64,000 nucleotides of DNA from an uncultured virus (IMG/VR IMGVR_UViG_3300035501_000482). Lineage: Duplodnaviria > Heunggongvirae > Uroviricota > Caudoviricetes. The notes under the pieces were generated by a model. It searched no databases. It saw nothing but the letters and a program-made list of their open reading frames with translations, and was not told the DNA's origin. The position numbers were made by a program, and so were the translations under genes. Each line of letters starts with the position of its first letter. Position 1 is the stretch's first letter. The stretch lies in the IMG/VR virus record IMGVR_UViG_3300035501_000482; one strand, written 5' to 3'. Positions 1 to 8,322 of the stretch are shown one piece after another.

Positions 1-127
1 TATGTAGTTTAAAGGTATAAACTACAAAAAAGAATTAGTTATGTAGTTTAAAGGTATAAACTACAAAAAAGAATTAGTTATGTAGTTTAAAGGTATAAAC
101 TACAAAAAAGAATTAGTTATGTAGTTT
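1..127. repeat. 39-bp tandem repeat (3 full copies plus a partial), each with an internal inverted repeat
   Basis: Unit TATGTAGTTTAAAGGTATAAACTACAAAAAAGAATTAGT at 1, 40 and 79, partial at 118. TGTAGTTTA and TAAACTACA are reverse complements. Confidence 0.95.
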
Positions 128-271
128 GCACCATACCATAAAAACTATATAGTGTAGTTTATACCTATATATCATATATAATGTACGCGTATAAAAAAAA
201 AATTCAATCCACCAAATTTTAAATGTTAAAAGAAAAAAAAATCACTTTTTTCGAATTTTTTTCGCAAAATA

Positions 272-303
272 TTTGTGTAGTCCGTATTTTCGCCGTAACT
301 TTG
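272..303 (+). promoter_or_regulatory. Bacteroidota primary-sigma promoter (TTTG-N20-TAACTTTG)
   Basis: TTTG at 272-275 and TAACTTTG at 296-303 match the -33/-7 consensus; upstream of ORF 440. Confidence 0.75.
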
Positions 304-439
304 CACTTGTCAAAAGGACAAAAGGACTTTCGATACTGAAACAAAGGGTGTTTCTTTTAATTAGATTTATTGAACAAATTATTTGCACAAGGGTGCAATT
401 TTAAGGATATTAATTGTTTAATTTTTAAAATGTTTAGTT

Positions 440-802
440 ATGAAAACTGTAAACGAAATTTTAACTAGTGCTTTAAAGAATGTAGACGGACTTTTAGTAA
501 GCAACAACAACTTAAAGAGTTCAATTTACAAAAAAGATTTATTTAATGGTTTAGAACAATCGCAAAAAAAAGCAACCCGAAAGAAAATAAGAAACATGAC
601 CCTTTCTTATTTTAAATCGATTTTAGCAACAAAGGATAAAAAAAGTTTACAAAAGTTGGTTCAATCTTTTGACGAATTTTATAAGCAAATTTATTTAGTA
701 AATGATTATTCGTTTCAATCAGTTACGACTGAAAAAAACGAAAACAAAGAATTGATAAAAAACGCGCTTGAAATAGTCAAAAAAGAGTTGAATATAAAGT
801 AA
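440..802 (+). CDS. hypothetical basic early protein
   Basis: 120-aa ORF between a host-type promoter and a hairpin. Confidence 0.7.
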   Translation: MKTVNEILTSALKNVDGLLVSNNNLKSSIYKKDLFNGLEQSQKKATRKKIRNMTLSYFKSILATKDKKSLQKLVQSFDEFYKQIYLVNDYSFQSVTTEKNENKELIKNALEIVKKELNIK

Positions 803-807
803 AAATG

Positions 808-838
808 TAGGTATGGTGTTTTTGCACCATACCTATTT
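808..838 (+). terminator. stem-loop, probable terminator
   Basis: TAGGTATGGTG / CACCATACCTA 11-bp stem right after the stop codon. Confidence 0.6.
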
Positions 839-887
839 AAACAGTGACTAATTAACATTATTTATTAATTTAAATTTTATATATAAT

Positions 888-1130
888 ATGAATATGGAAA
901 TTATACAAAAAACGGATGAATTTTTCATCTGTGGATTAAATTATCAAAAAAAAGATTTACCACAACTTACTGATTCTTTCTATAAACTCATTTATAATCT
1001 ATTAAATTTATCCAAAAAAACTAATAATAAGGTAGTGAAAAAACAAATATATAATATTCTTACTGATATTATTAAGATGAAAAAAATGGGATTAAACAAA
1101 AGAGTAATAGTTTTATTATTAAACAATTAA
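888..1130 (+). CDS. hypothetical protein
   Basis: 80-aa ORF with an AT-rich leader, followed by a terminator. Confidence 0.55.
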   Translation: MNMEIIQKTDEFFICGLNYQKKDLPQLTDSFYKLIYNLLNLSKKTNNKVVKKQIYNILTDIIKMKKMGLNKRVIVLLLNN

Positions 1131-1150
1131 TGTAAAATTTTAATTCTAAA

Positions 1151-1192
1151 AAGGGATAATTTGTTTCACAACAAGTTGTCCCTTATTTTTTT
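1151..1192 (+). terminator. intrinsic terminator
   Basis: AAGGGATAATTTGTT / AACAAGTTGTCCCTT stem followed by a T run. Confidence 0.65.
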
Positions 1193-1488
1193 GTCCATAT
1201 CTTATTTGCATTGGGCCACCGTGTCCCCCTTTAACTACCAGGCATTTTTGGCTCCTCGCATTAAGGACCTCCTCCCATGCCCACACAAGAAAAGGGCCAG
1301 ATCCTAAGACCCAACCCTTCCCTTTTCTTTTCACCTTTTAAGGATTGAATATAAACCTATCACTGTAACTATTATAACTACTGTGGGCCAAATAATAAAC
1401 CAAACTAATGGGTTTACCCCTAATAAGGTTAACCATAAGCAAACCGCAGATCCTAGAATGAATCCGATTGCAATATATAAGAGAAGTA

Positions 1489-1881
1489 CTAACATTGGTT
1501 ATAATTTAAATCACTAGCACTAACCCAGTCTTCCTCAATTAACTTAAGTATCATTTTAACATAAACCTCAATGATATCCTTACCTTCAACCTTAACGGCT
1601 TCTATGGATCCCTGATAATACCAAGGGTCATCATTATAATTATAGCTTAATACCCAAGTATTACCCTCTTTGGTAGGCCCAACCAACCTTGCCTGTTGCT
1701 CTCCATATAAGCCCGGTACAGTAATTTCACCGGGAAGGAAAAATTCCAAGGTTTCCAAATCGAAAGAGTCAATACCATAAATTTCATCCATATCCTTAAA
1801 GGCTGGATCTATTCCTGCTTCAACTAAATCCTTAGATTCCTTTTCAGTAGTCCACCACCTATTATTTATCCTTATTCCCAT
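1489..1881 (-). CDS. hypothetical acidic protein
   Basis: 130-aa ORF, last gene of the minus-strand early cluster. Confidence 0.75.
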   Translation of the reverse strand: MGIRINNRWWTTEKESKDLVEAGIDPAFKDMDEIYGIDSFDLETLEFFLPGEITVPGLYGEQQARLVGPTKEGNTWVLSYNYNDDPWYYQGSIEAVKVEGKDIIEVYVKMILKLIEEDWVSASDLNYNQC

Positions 1882-1883
1882 TG

Positions 1884-2024
1884 CTATAAAATATTTAATT
1901 GTTTAACCATTTCCTCGCCTTCTTCAGGATTACCATGCTTAACAATATCTTGGCAGATTCTATCAATTTGCTCCTGGTCCTTCCTATTGATGGCTTGGAT
2001 TAACTCATTAATTAACGTATCCAT
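1884..2024 (-). CDS. 46-aa microprotein (paralog of 2024-2170)
   Basis: Manual translation MDTLINELIQAINRKDQEQIDRICQDIVKHGNPEEGEEMVKQLNIL; TAATG-coupled to the upstream gene. Confidence 0.7.
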   Translation of the reverse strand: MDTLINELIQAINRKDQEQIDRICQDIVKHGNPEEGEEMVKQLNIL

Positions 2025-2170
2025 TATATTACATTTAAATAATACTCCATATCACTTATCAAATGAGGGTTGCCAGTATCACTAATCTCTTTACAGATCC
2101 TATCAATCTCCTCCTGAGGTGCACAACCATTTAAGGCATAAATCAATTGCCAGATTAAATTACTTTCCAT
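2024..2170 (-). CDS. 48-aa microprotein (paralog of 1884-2024)
   Basis: Manual translation MESNLIWQLIYALNGCAPQEEIDRICKEISDTGNPHLISDMEYYLNVI; shares the QE.IDRIC..I...GNP motif. Confidence 0.7.
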   Translation of the reverse strand: MESNLIWQLIYALNGCAPQEEIDRICKEISDTGNPHLISDMEYYLNVI

Positions 2171-2486
2171 TCAATTTACGTTCTAGGTTAATAATCGTTT
2201 TATTTAAGGTATCTATGGAAGCCGCTAGAGCATCCAATTTATTATTTAGTAAAGAACCCAAGTCCTTTTCGTTTTTAGAGGCTTTGACGATAAAATCAGG
2301 GCTTGCCTTTACTTTAATTGGTCTCCCGTTAGGTCTTTCAAATTCCAATATTACGTATCGCTCCTTGTAATCTAGGTTTATCACCTTACCAACCTGACCT
2401 CTTAGGTATGGTTGATCCAAAAAGGAAATCCCCAAATCCGTTATTACTATGGGATCTCCAATCTCTACTTCTGTTATATACATCAT
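2160..2486 (-). CDS. hypothetical protein (SH3/KOW-like N-terminus, coiled-coil C-terminus)
   Basis: IGDPIVIT...GQVGKVINLD pattern and a heptad-like tail. Confidence 0.65.
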   Translation of the reverse strand: MMYITEVEIGDPIVITDLGISFLDQPYLRGQVGKVINLDYKERYVILEFERPNGRPIKVKASPDFIVKASKNEKDLGSLLNNKLDALAASIDTLNKTIINLERKLNGK

Positions 2487-2547
2487 AATTCTAATTTAAA
2501 GTTTGCAATTTAATATAGTAACCCTGGGAATACCCAGGGATTACCCT

Positions 2548-2718
2548 TTACTTGAATAGACCCTTGATTAGAAAGAAGGGCATGATTAACCACATTTTAA
2601 AGAATATCCAGAGAGAAGGCTTTTTCCCAAGTCCCTTTACTGCTGGAATGAATATTGCAATTACTAGAGGTAATGCTACAATATAAAAAATCATTATAAT
2701 AACTGATAGTGTTTTCAT
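2548..2718 (-). CDS. 56-aa membrane protein
   Basis: Manual translation MKTLSVIIMIFYIVALPLVIAIFIPAVKGLGKKPSLWIFFKMWLIMPFFLIKGLFK; TAATG-coupled to 2718-3119. Confidence 0.65.
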   Translation of the reverse strand: MKTLSVIIMIFYIVALPLVIAIFIPAVKGLGKKPSLWIFFKMWLIMPFFLIKGLFK

Positions 2719-3119
2719 TATTCTTTGAGTGCTTTAGTTAAATACTTATTGATTCTTACTAACTTAGATTTGATATCCTCAGGCCAAGTTTGCCATTGCT
2801 TAAGGTCTACCCTACGAAGAATATCCATCTGGATCTGGAATACTAAATTGGAAATTCTCTTATGTGCTTGAATAGCATTAAAGGTATTCTCAACTTCAGG
2901 GGTTAAATACAAGAGAATAGAATTAGTTCTAGGTGATTTACCATTGTCATCCACCTTATAAAGGCTTCCATCGTTCTTAATTGTGCTTCTAACCGTAGCA
3001 TTATTGGAAAGGGTAAGCAAGTCCCCCTTAGCTTTAATGGCGGTTTCAATGGAGAAAGTGTTCTGACCATCGAAGTAAAATACCTTATCTCCAACTTTTA
3101 AATTTCTTTTTTCTTTCAT
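2718..3119 (-). CDS. hypothetical early protein
   Basis: 133-aa ORF downstream of a minus-strand host-type promoter. Confidence 0.75.
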   Translation of the reverse strand: MKEKRNLKVGDKVFYFDGQNTFSIETAIKAKGDLLTLSNNATVRSTIKNDGSLYKVDDNGKSPRTNSILLYLTPEVENTFNAIQAHKRISNLVFQIQMDILRRVDLKQWQTWPEDIKSKLVRINKYLTKALKE

Positions 3120-3145
3120 ATATTTATTATTTAATTTTGATAGTG

Positions 3146-3153
3146 CAAAGTTA
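3146..3153 (-). promoter_or_regulatory. Bacteroidota -7 promoter element TAACTTTG
   Basis: Reverse complement of CAAAGTTA; the context CGTAACTTTGCAC is identical to 294-306. Confidence 0.7.
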
Positions 3154-3201
3154 CGAAAAAATTTTGATAAAAAGCAATTTTCATCTAATTATTTTCAAAA
3201 T

Positions 3202-3227
3202 GCTGAGGTTCAGGCTAGTTGTATATA
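3202..3227 (+). promoter_or_regulatory. putative phage-specific motif GCTGAGGTT-N10-GTATATA
   Basis: Same motif and spacing recur at 42788-42813; both lie at the start of long plus-strand operons. Confidence 0.5.
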
Positions 3228-3322
3228 CCAGAATCCAGTATCAATTTACTATAGTTCAAGTAGAATTTCTATGGTTAGGCCTGCAATACTCGGGGTATAT
3301 GGGTATATTAATACAAATAATT

Positions 3323-3916
3323 ATGGAAACAGGTGTAAAACAAGCTATTATAGCTGCTGCTAAACTGAATGGAATAGATCCAGCTGGGTTATTGGCAGTT
3401 AAAACGGTTGAAACCGGAGAAAAGTCTGGTTTTTTGGATGACGGTAGACCTCAAATTCTGTTTGAAGGTCATATTTTCTACAAATATTACAACATAAATC
3501 ATCCAACAGCAAATAAGAGCTACATTCAGAGAGCTTATCCATCCATTTATTACCCTAAATGGAGTAAAAAATTTTACCAAAATGGTACTGGAGAACACGA
3601 AAGATTAGAAATAGCCTGTAAATTGGACAGAGAAGCTGGATTAATGTCTGCTTCTTGGGGAATTGGACAGATTATGGGCTTTAATTATAAGTCCTGTGGA
3701 TGTGATGATATTCAGGAATTCGTCAATATGATGTACTTAAACCTTGATTCACAGCTTATTTTATGGTGTACTTACTTAAAGAAAACTGGACTTATAACAT
3801 TAATTAACAACCATGATTGGGGATCATTTACCAAAAAGTACAATGGTTCTGGTCAAGTAGAATATTACTCTAAAAAATTAGCTAAAGCTTACATAGAATA
3901 TGAGAAAAGTATTTAG
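3323..3916 (+). CDS. endolysin, N-acetylmuramidase (DUF3380-type)
   Basis: Motifs VETG, RPQILFEGHIF, SASWGIGQIMGFNY and YNG; probable start METGVK at 3323. Confidence 0.9.
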   Translation: METGVKQAIIAAAKLNGIDPAGLLAVKTVETGEKSGFLDDGRPQILFEGHIFYKYYNINHPTANKSYIQRAYPSIYYPKWSKKFYQNGTGEHERLEIACKLDREAGLMSASWGIGQIMGFNYKSCGCDDIQEFVNMMYLNLDSQLILWCTYLKKTGLITLINNHDWGSFTKKYNGSGQVEYYSKKLAKAYIEYEKSI

Positions 3917-4949
3917 AAGAATACCAGTTTTGGGTATTTCAGCAGGACAGGGAGCATTACTATACCCGTTCATGAACAAAGAAGGTTTCAAAGTATTGGG
4001 AAATATCGAGTCTAGAGGTGTATTCCATACTACTGGTGAGGAACAATGGAAGTTAAACTTTGGTGATATCCCATTTACTAAAGGGGATTACATTGAAGGT
4101 ATTAAACCACAACTAATAGTAAGCTCTCCAGATTGTGGAGCAAGTTCAGTAATGAGGTTATCTAAAGTAAAGAAACTTGGACATCCAGAGGAAAATGAAT
4201 CCCTTAACCTGGTGATTAATGGTATCATTAAGTATTTGCCAACGGTATTTGTTATTGAGAATTTGCCAAGGTTAATGAGCTTAATTCCAAGATACTTTTT
4301 TGAACAAACTTTTTGGAGTTATGATATTATCATCCATGAGGTAAGTGTAAAGGAGTTTGGTAATTCCCAGGTATCTAGGAAAAGATTAATTATCATTGGA
4401 GTTAAAAAGGGCGTGTCTAGAGGACTTAAAAATCATTTAGAAAGGATTTACTCATTAAAGGAGTTAAAGTTCACTAGAGGCTGCCTAAAACCTGCCCAAT
4501 TTAAGGGAAATTATATTAACTACATGCCGCCATTAAATAAAACTTTGGCAATGTATGATTATCGGAAATTACCTGAAAAGAAAAACCTAACAGTGAAACA
4601 GATACATAAACTCTGGAATACTGACTTCAAGGATGAAAAGAAGTGGCCTATTAAAACAGCAAAGATGTCTACTTTACCAGGAGTATATAAGTTAGATCCT
4701 GATAAATACCCTTTAACAGTAAGACCTTCAGATCGTCAGTTTAGGCCTGATGGATACCCTTTAGGTACTGAAGATTATAAAAGTATCATGGGATTCCCTG
4801 AGGAATATAAAATCTACATGGATGATAGTACACCTAAGGAATACCTATACTGGTTAAATAAATCCCGGTATACCCTTTGCAAAGGTTCGGTTTATGAAGT
4901 TGGGCAATGGCTTTATGAAACCCTATTACCCTTCATAAAACTGGATTAG
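3900..4949 (+). CDS. DNA cytosine-C5 methyltransferase-like protein
   Basis: SAGQG (motif I-like), SSPDC (IV), FVIENL (VI), SQVSRKR (VIII), MGFP (IX). Confidence 0.8.
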   Translation: MRKVFRRIPVLGISAGQGALLYPFMNKEGFKVLGNIESRGVFHTTGEEQWKLNFGDIPFTKGDYIEGIKPQLIVSSPDCGASSVMRLSKVKKLGHPEENESLNLVINGIIKYLPTVFVIENLPRLMSLIPRYFFEQTFWSYDIIIHEVSVKEFGNSQVSRKRLIIIGVKKGVSRGLKNHLERIYSLKELKFTRGCLKPAQFKGNYINYMPPLNKTLAMYDYRKLPEKKNLTVKQIHKLWNTDFKDEKKWPIKTAKMSTLPGVYKLDPDKYPLTVRPSDRQFRPDGYPLGTEDYKSIMGFPEEYKIYMDDSTPKEYLYWLNKSRYTLCKGSVYEVGQWLYETLLPFIKLD

Positions 4950-5118
4950 GGGATCTGGGATTTATTCTGGGATTAGAATTCTCTCAGAAAAACAGGTACC
5001 TAACTTATTAACTATCAAATAACTAGGTACAGATTTAGAACGGTTACGCGCGTATGCGTATAGCTTTAAGCTTTAGCTTAAAGATATATTTTTTTACGAA
5101 GTAAAAAAACTAACATAG

Positions 5119-5174
5119 AGCTTTTAGCTTTTTGTTTTTTAGCTTTTAGCTTTTTGTTTTTTAGCTTTTAGCTT
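5119..5174. repeat. 22-bp tandem repeat AGCTTTTAGCTTTTTGTTTTTT (2.5 copies)
   Basis: Copies at 5119 and 5141, partial at 5163, within a 310-bp intergenic gap. Confidence 0.9.
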
Positions 5175-5259
5175 AAAAGAATATAGCTTTTAACAAAAAG
5201 CAAAAGAAAAAAGAAATATATAAAGAAAAAAGAAAACGAAAAAATTTAGCTACTACACG

Positions 5260-5832
5260 ATGTATACAAGTACTAACAAGTGGAAGTTCTTATCAGTAGC
5301 TTTAACCATCCTTGTATTTGGTTTATACAGGATGAATATTAGGCTCAAGAATTTAATGCCACAAATAATCGAGAAGATCGATACGGTTTATATTCAACAG
5401 GATTTCCAAATTCAAACCTACTCCGATTCAATAAACCCAAAGAAGGTATATGTTTACCAGAGTAAGTATAATTCAGAAAGTAAACAAAAGAACTATGATT
5501 CCATAATTCAGGTTAATCTTTCCAAAAATAAACTAGACTTATCAATTCTCAACAAGAAAGATTCAGTAGTAAGAACTAACCAGTATGAGATTGATCTAGA
5601 CAATTACAAGTATATTTACTCAAATGGAAGTCTTACAAACAAAAGAACTATATCTTTACAAATCAAACCTTATGCTCAAGTTTCCTACAAACCTTTCAAC
5701 AATATCTACGAAATTGGAGGAGGAATAGGGATCAACTACAATAAACTTATACTAGGAGTTGGGGTTGATATAATGAGATTTCAGGATAAGTATAAACCCG
5801 ATATGGAAATATCACTAAAGTATAACTTTTAA
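5260..5832 (+). CDS. membrane protein with N-terminal TM helix and C-terminal beta-strands; putative spanin-like lysis protein
   Basis: Hydrophobic FLSVALTILVFGLY; amphipathic strands ending ISLKYNF. Confidence 0.55.
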   Translation: MYTSTNKWKFLSVALTILVFGLYRMNIRLKNLMPQIIEKIDTVYIQQDFQIQTYSDSINPKKVYVYQSKYNSESKQKNYDSIIQVNLSKNKLDLSILNKKDSVVRTNQYEIDLDNYKYIYSNGSLTNKRTISLQIKPYAQVSYKPFNNIYEIGGGIGINYNKLILGVGVDIMRFQDKYKPDMEISLKYNF

Positions 5833-5835
5833 CAA

Positions 5836-8322
5836 ATGGCTGAATTAACAAACATAACAAAAGAAGAACTAGCTACACTAGCAGCAGTTACTAAAGATCC
5901 TCTGCTCTTTAGTAAGTATGTTTATGTGGTTCATCCAGTTAGAGGTAAGGTACATTTCGATTTATACCCATACCAGAAATCAGTACTTTACAACTTCGTA
6001 AAAGAGAGGTTTAATATAATCCTGAAATTCCGACAAGCTGGTATTACAGAGTTAATCTCTCTATACTGTCTATGGCTGACCATGTATCACCCAAACAAGA
6101 AAGTAAACATTATTTCTATCAAAGATACCACAGCTAAAAAGGTACTAAAGAAGATTAAGTACATGTATAAGAACCTTCCTTGGTACTTAAGAACACCCAT
6201 CATAAACGGTAGAGCTGGAGAATTTGGTAATTCATCATCGATGGAATTCGAAAATGGATCATTTATAGAGTCATTAACAACTTCAACAGAAGCAGGACGT
6301 TCAGAATCCCTTTCGCTTTTGGTAATTGATGAGGCTGCTATTGTTAGATGGGCTAATCAAATCTGGGCTGCCGCATTCCCTACACTGTCCTGTATATCAG
6401 GAAGTTACAAAGTTTTTTATAAAAAGCCAATTAAATTACCTCGTACTAAAAACAGGTATAAAGACATAATTAGTACTATAAGTATGGAAGAGATTGGACC
6501 AAAAGAAAAGGGTGTTAAGGATTTGTATGATGATGAGTTATATACTTTTACTCACAAAGGAGAATGGAAACGGATCCTTTGGTCTCAAAATAAAGGTAAG
6601 ATGGAAACCTACCTTTTAAAAGACTCCAAGGGTAATACCATTGAATGTACACCCTATCATAGATTCTTAACTGTTAATGGATGGAAAAAAGCTAAAGATA
6701 TCATTGAGGAAGATCTTGAAGTTATACAGATAGATCTTGGTATGGATAAGTTAATTAATCCACCAATTACGGTATTACCAAAGGAGGAAGTAATTAAACC
6801 CATTAATGGCTTCTCCAGATTTTTTATATCTAACTTAGGTAGAGTACTTAGGGAATCTTCTAATGGAGAACTAGTAGAAGTTAAACAGCATCTAAACAAG
6901 AGGTTTTATTATGACGTTAGACTTACTAAAGATGGTAAAACTCATACAAAGAAAGTATCTAGGTTAGTAGCTGAAGCTTTCTTAGGACCAATCCCAGAGG
7001 GTTATTTTGTAGATCATATAGATTGTGATAAATCACATAACTATGTTACTAATCTACAACTTATAACTAATTCTGAGAATGTATCAAGAGCACATAATTT
7101 TTCTGTTGGAGCAAAACTATCCAGTATAGTTGGTAAAATTAACCCAGTAGTACATGGTTTAATATTACATCTTAAAAATACTAATCCAAAACTATCAAGT
7201 AATAAACTATCTGATATACTACTTAATAGGTATAATATTTATGTACAACGTAGAACTATAAGTGATATACTTAATTCAACTCCAGTATATCTATCTAGAT
7301 TAACTCTATTAGAGAAGAATGTTAATACAATTTATGATATTCATGTTGAGGATGACAATAGCTATATTTCAACGAATAATTATATAAACCATAATACTGG
7401 TGGATCGGCTATTATAAACAGTACCCCCGTTGGATTGGGCAATTGGTATCACTCCACATGGGTAGATGCAGTATCTGGTGGAAATGATTTTAATGCTATC
7501 AGATTATATTGGAGGATGCACCCAGAGCGTGATGATGAATGGTATAATACCATGTCAAAAGCTTTGGGACCTAAGAGAACAGCACAAGAGATAGATGGAG
7601 ACTTCTTAGGATCTGGTAATACAGTTTTCGATCCTACAGATATAAAAGCTATTGAAGATTGCTTATCAGATTACCCACCAATACTTAGAAGATTTAATGG
7701 ACAGTACTTACAATTCAGTAAACCAGAGTTGGATAAGGAATATTTTATAGGAGCAGACGTTGCAACTGGTAGAGCATCAGACTACTCCTCATTTACCTGT
7801 ATGGATAGAGAAGGCGAAGAACATGCAGTTTACAAAGGTAAGATGCCAGTAGATAAATATTCTAGATTGCTTGGCGATACTGGAAGATTATTTAATAATG
7901 CCTTAATAGCACCAGAGTCAAATGATGTTGGTTTGGCAGTAACTTCCTTCCTTCAAACTGAGGGTTATCCAAAGATATATTACTATCAGAAGATGACAAA
8001 GAAGAAAGGTAAGAGCCGTCCAGAGGTCGATAAGAGTCCAGGATGGTTAACAACTAATAGGAACAGACCAGTTATTATAGACGCTCTAGAAAATGACATT
8101 AGAAACGAATTGGTAACAATTAAGGACCCCTTCTTCATCCATGAAGCTTACACTTTTGTATATGATTCTTTAGGTAGACCAGTAGCAATGGGTAAGCATA
8201 GAGCTAATTCAGAAGCTGATTCACTGGATGAAGTGGTATATGCAGATGATGATATTATGGGAAAAGCAATATGTAACCATATTCGTAAAGGTAAAGCAAA
8301 TGTAATAGTAACGCCAAAGTAA
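5836..8322 (+). CDS. terL: terminase large subunit containing an intein
   Basis: LKFRQAGIT (variant Walker A), LLVIDEAA (Walker B), NSTP, IGADVATG and DDDIM nuclease motifs. Confidence 0.95.
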   Translation: MAELTNITKEELATLAAVTKDPLLFSKYVYVVHPVRGKVHFDLYPYQKSVLYNFVKERFNIILKFRQAGITELISLYCLWLTMYHPNKKVNIISIKDTTAKKVLKKIKYMYKNLPWYLRTPIINGRAGEFGNSSSMEFENGSFIESLTTSTEAGRSESLSLLVIDEAAIVRWANQIWAAAFPTLSCISGSYKVFYKKPIKLPRTKNRYKDIISTISMEEIGPKEKGVKDLYDDELYTFTHKGEWKRILWSQNKGKMETYLLKDSKGNTIECTPYHRFLTVNGWKKAKDIIEEDLEVIQIDLGMDKLINPPITVLPKEEVIKPINGFSRFFISNLGRVLRESSNGELVEVKQHLNKRFYYDVRLTKDGKTHTKKVSRLVAEAFLGPIPEGYFVDHIDCDKSHNYVTNLQLITNSENVSRAHNFSVGAKLSSIVGKINPVVHGLILHLKNTNPKLSSNKLSDILLNRYNIYVQRRTISDILNSTPVYLSRLTLLEKNVNTIYDIHVEDDNSYISTNNYINHNTGGSAIINSTPVGLGNWYHSTWVDAVSGGNDFNAIRLYWRMHPERDDEWYNTMSKALGPKRTAQEIDGDFLGSGNTVFDPTDIKAIEDCLSDYPPILRRFNGQYLQFSKPELDKEYFIGADVATGRASDYSSFTCMDREGEEHAVYKGKMPVDKYSRLLGDTGRLFNNALIAPESNDVGLAVTSFLQTEGYPKIYYYQKMTKKKGKSRPEVDKSPGWLTTNRNRPVIIDALENDIRNELVTIKDPFFIHEAYTFVYDSLGRPVAMGKHRANSEADSLDEVVYADDDIMGKAICNHIRKGKANVIVTPK
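6391..7395 (+). mobile_element. 335-aa cis intein with NUMOD4-HNH homing endonuclease
   Basis: Starts CISG after FPTLS; block B ECTPYHRF; ends YDIHVEDDNSYISTNNYINHN/T; internal HNH motif VDHIDCDKSHNYVTNL. Confidence 0.93.

Noticed and set aside
1..127. CRISPR array
   Set aside because: The units are head-to-tail identical with no unique spacers, and no cas genes are present.
1146..1334. 62-aa minus-strand ORF
   Set aside because: Overlaps a terminator and low-complexity sequence; not protein-like.
3137..3322. N-terminal extension of the endolysin ORF
   Set aside because: Covers the divergent promoter region; the ATG at 3323 has the typical A-rich leader.
5260..5832. Terminase small subunit, suggested by position before terL
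   Set aside because: A TM helix and beta-signal C-terminus do not fit a helical DNA-binding TerS.
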